NCBI GenBank assembly: GCA_964571255.1
Contig: CAZNAA010000001.1
Location: 702,230-766,229 of the forward strand
DNA length: 64,000 nucleotides
DNA from: an uncultured Gammaproteobacteria bacterium
Lineage (GTDB): Bacteria; Patescibacteriota; Microgenomatia; Levybacterales; UBA12049
Reading direction: 5' to 3'
Positions within the stretch are counted from its first letter, which is position 1. Each line of letters opens with the position of its first letter. The position numbers and the translations under genes were made by a program. Of this stretch, positions 59,048-64,000 are shown one piece after another. Below the pieces are notes generated by a model, which ran no database searches, had not been told where the DNA came from, and saw nothing but the letters and a program-made list of their open reading frames with translations.

Positions 59048-59692
59048 TTACTTCAAAAGAGTATCTAATTCTTGCTTCATGGCATCATACGTATAGGAGC
59101 CACGATATTGTTTGCCATTAATAAAAAAGGTAGGAGTACCTGTTACTCCTACGTCAGTCCCGTCTTTCATGTCTCGCTCCACTTTGTTTCGAACCTCTTC
59201 ACTAGAAAGTGCCGATTTAAATTTCGCTTCATCTAGCTTTAGCTCTTTAGCTAAAGAAAGAAATACAGCATCTACGCTCTCTAAACCTTCCCACTCAGCT
59301 TGTTTCTGAAATAACAGGTGAGACATTTCCCAGAATTTTCCCTGTGCTCCTGCAGCTTCTGCAACACGTGAGGCTGGAATAGCATGCTTATGCATCCCTA
59401 AAGGAAAATTTCTAAACACAACTTTTATCTTCTCTTTGTAGTCTTTTTGAATCTGTTCAACTACAGAGCTAACTCCTCTACACCCCGGACATTGAAAGTC
59501 TCCAAATTCAACAAGCACTACTTTTGCGTCTTTTGGTCCGGTGAAATGGCTATCAGATCTGACTAGTTTTGATGTATCAACAAGTGTTCCATCAAGAGAA
59601 GCTGAAGGGTTTCCAAAAAGAAACGCAGCTCCAACTGCCATAAGGATTGCAAGTAAACTTATCCCACCTAATATTTTAGCTTCATTTGACAT
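59048..59692 (-). CDS. DsbA-family thiol:disulfide oxidoreductase, membrane-anchored
   Basis: N-terminal TM; thioredoxin-fold active site FQCPGCR. Confidence 0.8.
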   Translation of the reverse strand: MSNEAKILGGISLLAILMAVGAAFLFGNPSASLDGTLVDTSKLVRSDSHFTGPKDAKVVLVEFGDFQCPGCRGVSSVVEQIQKDYKEKIKVVFRNFPLGMHKHAIPASRVAEAAGAQGKFWEMSHLLFQKQAEWEGLESVDAVFLSLAKELKLDEAKFKSALSSEEVRNKVERDMKDGTDVGVTGTPTFFINGKQYRGSYTYDAMKQELDTLLK

Positions 59693-60101
59693 AAGATTTT
59701 TTATACCAATACATGAGAGCCGTAATCATAACAAAAGATACCAAAGAAAGAAAGGGAATAGTAATAAATCCAAGCCACTCAATAAATTTTGTCGTACAAG
59801 AAATTCCTTGAATACATGGTTGAATACTTTCTGGAATGAGATGGTAATAAAGTAGATTGTGATAAATCCCGATAAGTAGTCCAACAATACTTAAAGGTAA
59901 TACGTACTGATATACTTTCGTGTCTTTAACTAAAATACCTATTCCTAAAATCGGAACAAGTGGGTACATAGCAATTCTTTGATACCAACATAAAACACAG
60001 GGAGTCCACTTCATGACTTCACTAAAGAAAAGACTTCCAAGAGTTGAGGTTAGGGCGATAAGAAAGGCTGCGTAGAGGAAATATTCTTTTTGAAGTTTCA
60101 T
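59682..60101 (-). CDS. dsbB: disulfide bond formation protein B (DsbB/BdbC)
   Basis: 4-TM protein with CVLCWYQR redox pair and a second Cys pair in loop 2 (CIQGISC). Confidence 0.8.
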   Translation of the reverse strand: MKLQKEYFLYAAFLIALTSTLGSLFFSEVMKWTPCVLCWYQRIAMYPLVPILGIGILVKDTKVYQYVLPLSIVGLLIGIYHNLLYYHLIPESIQPCIQGISCTTKFIEWLGFITIPFLSLVSFVMITALMYWYKKSYVK

Positions 60102-60118
60102 ACAACTTCCCTATTATA

Positions 60119-60673
60119 TCATCCTTTTTTCTTTGGAAGAGGAGTAAAAATAAGTGTTGTGATAAACGTTCCTATAGAAAGAAGGAGCCAAAATGGAATG
60201 ACAGTTCTTACAACTTGCGCTTTTCTTTCTTCATACACTTTAAGAGATCTTCCCATTACTACGTATCCTGCAGGATTATTTGTTTTGTAGATCAAAACTG
60301 CTTGTCGTAGTTTTTTCTCCGGTTCCCAGGTGAGAGAATAGGGAGTATTGCCTGAAACATGATCAAATACGCCAGGTGGGAACACTACGGGTTTTCCATT
60401 ATGCGTTGTCGTACTACTTACGAGCTTTTTATTTTGATTGAAAGTCATAATGTAGACTTGAGGATAGGAGGCAAGATCTGTCATTTTCCCATTCACGACT
60501 AAACTTCCTTGTGTCTTGACAATATTTACCATTGCTTCACCAGAAACGTATAAAACATCTGTTGCACTTTGTCTTATTTGCTGATGGAGGAGGAGAAGAA
60601 CAAGAAAACAAGTTCCGCTAAGGCAAACAAAAAGAGGGAGAAAAGTACGAAGAGACAAGAGGAGTCGCAGCAT
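60119..60673 (-). CDS. membrane-anchored hypothetical protein
   Basis: N-terminal TM, periplasmic beta-rich region, C-terminal TM; no family recognised. Confidence 0.3.
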   Translation of the reverse strand: MLRLLLSLRTFLPLFVCLSGTCFLVLLLLHQQIRQSATDVLYVSGEAMVNIVKTQGSLVVNGKMTDLASYPQVYIMTFNQNKKLVSSTTTHNGKPVVFPPGVFDHVSGNTPYSLTWEPEKKLRQAVLIYKTNNPAGYVVMGRSLKVYEERKAQVVRTVIPFWLLLSIGTFITTLIFTPLPKKKG

Positions 60674-60685
60674 ACGGAAAGTATA

Positions 60686-61102
60686 TCACACCTCTTTTAC
60701 CATCTCAGGTGAGAAGGGGTTATAGGCAACTTCCCAAATATATCCATCTAAATCCTTAAAATATCCCGAATATCCTCCCCACTCTCTTTTAACAGGAGAA
60801 GCTGTAATAATCGCTTCTGTTTTTTCTAATTCTTTAAAAAATGTATCTACTTCATCAATGGAGGAAAGATTATGAGCTAGAGTAAATCCTGGAAACAAAA
60901 CAGTCTCTGCACAGTCAATAGAAACGTGGGCTTCTTCAGCTAGTTTTTCTTTTGGGTAGAGTGACAAATGAATGTTTTTCAAAGGGAAAAATACTACGTC
61001 TCCTTCAATTCCTTTACTTGAAAATCCAAGAGATTTGTAAAACTCATAGGATTTTTCTAAGTTATTCACTCCAAGAGTGATTAAGCTAATATATGGTTTC
61101 AT
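60686..61102 (-). CDS. VOC family protein (glyoxalase/bleomycin-resistance fold)
   Basis: ISLITLGVNNLEKSYEFYKSLGF N-terminal beta-alpha-beta-beta-beta module. Confidence 0.7.
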   Translation of the reverse strand: MKPYISLITLGVNNLEKSYEFYKSLGFSSKGIEGDVVFFPLKNIHLSLYPKEKLAEEAHVSIDCAETVLFPGFTLAHNLSSIDEVDTFFKELEKTEAIITASPVKREWGGYSGYFKDLDGYIWEVAYNPFSPEMVKEV

Positions 61103-61695
61103 TTTTTTGTTTGGTAAAGAGAAAGATATAATTCATCATACAAACTTGCAGCAATATGTAAACCCATTTCCAGTGTTGTATAAGTGATTTCACTTTCTCT
61201 TCCGTGAATAAGTAAGTTTCGAAGCCATCTCATTGTCTCGAGTTGTTTAACTCCTTCTTTGGTTAATAAATCATTTTCAAAAAGCATATCTGTTAAAACT
61301 TTTGGGTTCACATTGGAAGGAATGTCTTGTTTTAAGTTTTCTGTCGCATAGATTCGGAGCAACCGTTCAACTTCATAAGAATATTCCAGAAAACTTGATT
61401 TATCAACACTCCCTCTTTCTAATCTCGTTTGCTCTTCTCCTTTTGTAAGTCTTGTTTTTTTGCTTTCCTTTTTCTTTTTTATTGCTTTTTTCCCTTCAAG
61501 TTGCTTTAGTTCTTTCTCAATTTTTTTTCCTTTTAATCCCCAGAAATTAAATTCTTTGAGTTCTGAAAAAAGTGATAATAAAAGAAGCATAATGGAGAGA
61601 AGAACAACTTCAGAAGATAACTGTGCTCCAAACACATGAAAAAGCGTGGTGAAAAGAATAATGATTAGAATAAGCCAGGTAAGAAGTTTTATCAT
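61099..61695 (-). CDS. membrane-anchored protein with C-terminal HEPN-like (R-x4-H) motif
   Basis: N-terminal TM + Lys-rich coiled coil; C-terminal MRWLRNLLIHGRE matches the HepT/DUF86 RNxxxH motif. Confidence 0.3.
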   Translation of the reverse strand: MIKLLTWLILIIILFTTLFHVFGAQLSSEVVLLSIMLLLLSLFSELKEFNFWGLKGKKIEKELKQLEGKKAIKKKKESKKTRLTKGEEQTRLERGSVDKSSFLEYSYEVERLLRIYATENLKQDIPSNVNPKVLTDMLFENDLLTKEGVKQLETMRWLRNLLIHGRESEITYTTLEMGLHIAASLYDELYLSLYQTKK

Positions 61696-61744
61696 CTTGC
61701 TAAAGATTATACTATAGGGGCAGCGAATTGATAAGTACTACCTT

Positions 61745-62677
61745 TTACACATTTTCAACCAGAATAAAAATCACATAGAGACAAAGCAAGAAAAATCCTT
61801 CTTTCCGAGAGATATCATGCTTGGAGGTTGAGAAAAAGTAAAATAATCCTAGACCAAAAGCAATAAGACAAAAGGTTATAAGAAAATTATCAACAGTTGT
61901 TACCGCTCCGTTGTGAAGAAGAGAGAATAACCCAAAGAATAAAGTATTCACAGCAGCAGAGCCAATGTAATCCCCAAAAGCTACATCTTTTGTTCCCGAG
62001 ATCACTGACTTTATCGCTAAGGACAGCTCGGGAAGGTTTGTTCCTAACGAGAGAATAACTAAACTAATGTAAAAAGGCGAGATGTGAAAGAAACTGGAAA
62101 AGTATAACGTATTATCTACAATAATTCTTGAAGCAACAAATACAATTCCTACTCCTAAAAGGACCTTTAGGATATCTTTAAAAGAATAATATTTCACTTC
62201 AAGGACACGATTATTTTCTGTATCAAATATTCCATGTTCTTTCTGAATGAAGAAAAAAAGGATGAAGTAGAGCATGATTAAAACTACGGCCTCAAGATTT
62301 GTTACTTGTCTATCGATCACAAAAAAGATAGGAGAAAGCATCACGAGAAAAGAAAGGATTAAGTTTTTATTACTTAACTCGTGATGCAGCTTTATTCCTT
62401 TCCCCAAAATAGCCATGAGAGGAATAATAAAAAAGAAAATAAAAACAACTCCTCCAATCAGATTCCCAACAAATATTTCAGGATTATTTTCCGAAAGAGC
62501 TGTTAATCCCAAGCCAAACTCAGGAGTTGAAGTAAGAAGGCCAAGGATAAAAAAAGAAAAAGCAAAAGAGGAGAGGTGAAGTCTTTTCGAAAAAGAGACA
62601 GCAGAGGAGACAATAAGCCCTGCCCCATACCAGATAGCAATAAATGCTCCAAGAGATATCAGTAAATTAAACCACAT
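61745..62677 (-). CDS. Na+/Ca2+ exchanger (CaCA family, YrbG-like)
   Basis: Two alpha-repeat regions (GNLIGGVVFIFF; GDYIGSAAVNTLFF), 10 TM helices. Confidence 0.8.
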   Translation of the reverse strand: MWFNLLISLGAFIAIWYGAGLIVSSAVSFSKRLHLSSFAFSFFILGLLTSTPEFGLGLTALSENNPEIFVGNLIGGVVFIFFFIIPLMAILGKGIKLHHELSNKNLILSFLVMLSPIFFVIDRQVTNLEAVVLIMLYFILFFFIQKEHGIFDTENNRVLEVKYYSFKDILKVLLGVGIVFVASRIIVDNTLYFSSFFHISPFYISLVILSLGTNLPELSLAIKSVISGTKDVAFGDYIGSAAVNTLFFGLFSLLHNGAVTTVDNFLITFCLIAFGLGLFYFFSTSKHDISRKEGFFLLCLYVIFILVENV

Positions 62678-62699
62678 CTTCTATCTAGTATATCAATAT

Positions 62700-63290
62700 T
62701 TATTTCACTTTTTGGAATGTCACAATCCAGTCTGTTAGAGTATTTCTGTCAACAAGAATACAGTTATTCCACTCTGCAAGTTTTTTGGCTTCTCTTGTAA
62801 AGAAATTGTTTGTCACTACCATAGACAGAGTACAATTATATGCTGTCATTGCAGTAAAAGCTTGTCTGATCGCATCAGCGTTTACTGTGTTGCTATATCT
62901 TTTAATCTGTATACTATATCTCTCTTTTCCTTTTCTTCCTACAGCGTCTGTTCCAAAATCTCCTGTTTTTCCTGTGTGTTCTATCTCATATCCTTGTGAT
63001 CTTAATAGTGCTACTACATAATGCTCAAACTCTACTCCACTCATATGATCTACATCCGAAAGTGCTATTGCTCGTAATCTTTTTTTCTCTTGTTGAATAA
63101 TGATGTAGATAAGAACTGCGCCAGAGAGGAGAACCATTCCTCCTAAAAAGAAAAGATATAGCTGAATCCTATCAAGGTTAAAAGGAACTACTCGGGAGAA
63201 AAGAAAGCCAATGCCTAATAAAAGTGCGATAAAAACAAATAAAGTGGAGTCAAAAAAAGTTGGTGGTTTTTTTCTATAATAACGAGCCAT
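62700..63290 (-). CDS. Mrr-cat-type restriction endonuclease domain protein with two N-terminal TM helices
   Basis: GVEFEHYVVALLRSQGYEIEHTGKTGDFGTDAVG...IQIKRY PD-(D/E)XK Mrr catalytic core. Confidence 0.55.
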   Translation of the reverse strand: MARYYRKKPPTFFDSTLFVFIALLLGIGFLFSRVVPFNLDRIQLYLFFLGGMVLLSGAVLIYIIIQQEKKRLRAIALSDVDHMSGVEFEHYVVALLRSQGYEIEHTGKTGDFGTDAVGRKGKERYSIQIKRYSNTVNADAIRQAFTAMTAYNCTLSMVVTNNFFTREAKKLAEWNNCILVDRNTLTDWIVTFQKVK

Positions 63291-63739
63291 TTATTATTAC
63301 TTATTATAACCTATTTCCAAATTCTTCTTTATTATTTTTTGCCCTTTCAATAACTTCTGGAGCAGACCACGTATTTAACCTTGCTCTATCATTAAAAGAA
63401 ACTGCTCTCATCGTCGAAAAAGACCATCACTCAAGTTTTAAACAAATACCAGAACTGTGGGATTTATATGGAGATCACGGAATAATTTATCAACAATTTG
63501 AGTTATGGGATAGTATTGTGTTGTATACGTACGACGAATTAAAAGAGAATGCTATAAAGGAAGGTTTTTTAGTAACTAGTTTAGAAAAACTTTTGTTACT
63601 CTGTAATGTTCGAGGTGTATATGATACAAGATACTTAGAAGATGCGAAGTTAGTTGCAAAAGCGTTAACTACTCAAAATTATGATGGTTTTGACGACAAT
63701 ACAATAAATACGTACTGGAAATTACTTCTTCATAAATAG
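63260..63739 (+). CDS. hypothetical protein
   Basis: 159 aa ORF, no recognised motif; the first 10 codons overlap the opposite-strand gene. Confidence 0.2.
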   Translation: MVVFFYNNEPFIITYYNLFPNSSLLFFALSITSGADHVFNLALSLKETALIVEKDHHSSFKQIPELWDLYGDHGIIYQQFELWDSIVLYTYDELKENAIKEGFLVTSLEKLLLLCNVRGVYDTRYLEDAKLVAKALTTQNYDGFDDNTINTYWKLLLHK

Positions 63740-63771
63740 TTTTCCTTTCTTCCCATGCTAGAATAAACCAT

Positions 63772-64000
63772 ATGATTTTTCTTCCACCTACCTTTTGGGA
63801 AATAAAAGACAGTGTCAAAAAAGGGAAAGGAATCTTTGCAACAAAAGATATTTTACCCGGCGTTCTGATTGGTGATTACTTAGGAAAAGTCTTAAGAACT
63901 GCAACTGAGGCAAACTTTGAGAACGATAGGAATTTATACCTCATGTACTATAGTGACCAAGCCTGTTTATATCCTGAAAATCCATCTCTTCCAGGAGTTC
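63772..64000 (+). CDS. SET-domain protein (3'-truncated at window end)
   Basis: Not in the ORF track; manual translation from ATG 63772 gives GKGIFATKDILPGVLIGDYLGKVL, the canonical SET N-terminal motif. Confidence 0.5.
   Translation, partial: MIFLPPTFWEIKDSVKKGKGIFATKDILPGVLIGDYLGKVLRTATEANFENDRNLYLMYYSDQACLYPENPSLPGV

Noticed and set aside
1-64000. CRISPR arrays, tRNA or rRNA genes
   Set aside because: I scanned intergenic regions (9583-9781, 12953-13074, 27542-27665, 29180-29290, 33297-33445, 54910-55102, 58329-58560, 58912-59047) for regularly spaced repeats or cloverleaf-like acceptor/T-arm pairs and found none. I cannot exclude a small ncRNA without a covariance search.

Overview
Low-GC (~35%), gene-dense bacterial window whose features are typical of a Candidate Phyla Radiation (Patescibacteria)-like genome; this placement is inference from ribosomal-operon content and gene repertoire. 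The minus strand at 11.5-33.3 kb carries one long ribosomal superoperon. Running with transcription it reads fusA, two inserted non-ribosomal genes, tuf, then the S10, spc and alpha clusters including secY, adk, map, infA, rpmJ and rpoA, and finally rplQ, rplM and rpsI. L30 (rpmD) is absent, zinc-binding forms of L36 and S14 are present, and L24 has an unusual CxxC..CxxC tail. L3 has an acidic C-terminal extension and L2 is shortened at its N-terminus. Other contents are msrA, obg, a NUDIX hydrolase, an ABC exporter, a class II photolyase, a PilN/PilO-like pair followed by a Pro/Thr-rich surface protein, and a cell-envelope locus (36.4-44.6 kb) with an FAD oxidoreductase, three large polytopic membrane proteins (one GT-C mannosyltransferase-like, one with a Chlor_Arch_YYY motif, one unclassified) and an LCP family protein. 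A TPR-tailed membrane protein and an SAM methyltransferase lie further downstream at 48.1-50.4 kb. Also present are tpiA, a UvrD-like helicase, sodA with a bis-heme membrane protein, RNase HI, truB, an RRM protein, a DsbA/DsbB pair, a CaCA exchanger and a membrane-anchored Mrr-like nuclease. The most unusual region is 50.4-54.0 kb. Two ~1.1 kb modules, visibly richer in GC than their surroundings, flank the sodA operon as direct repeats. Each module has a near-consensus sigma70 promoter, a ~165 nt structured leader, a small ORF, a hairpin-containing spacer, a signal-anchored secreted protein and a 97 nt long-stem 3' element. The non-coding parts are ~90% identical between copies and show a compensatory base-pair change, whereas the coding parts have diverged almost beyond recognition. 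No rRNA, tRNA or CRISPR array was recognised.
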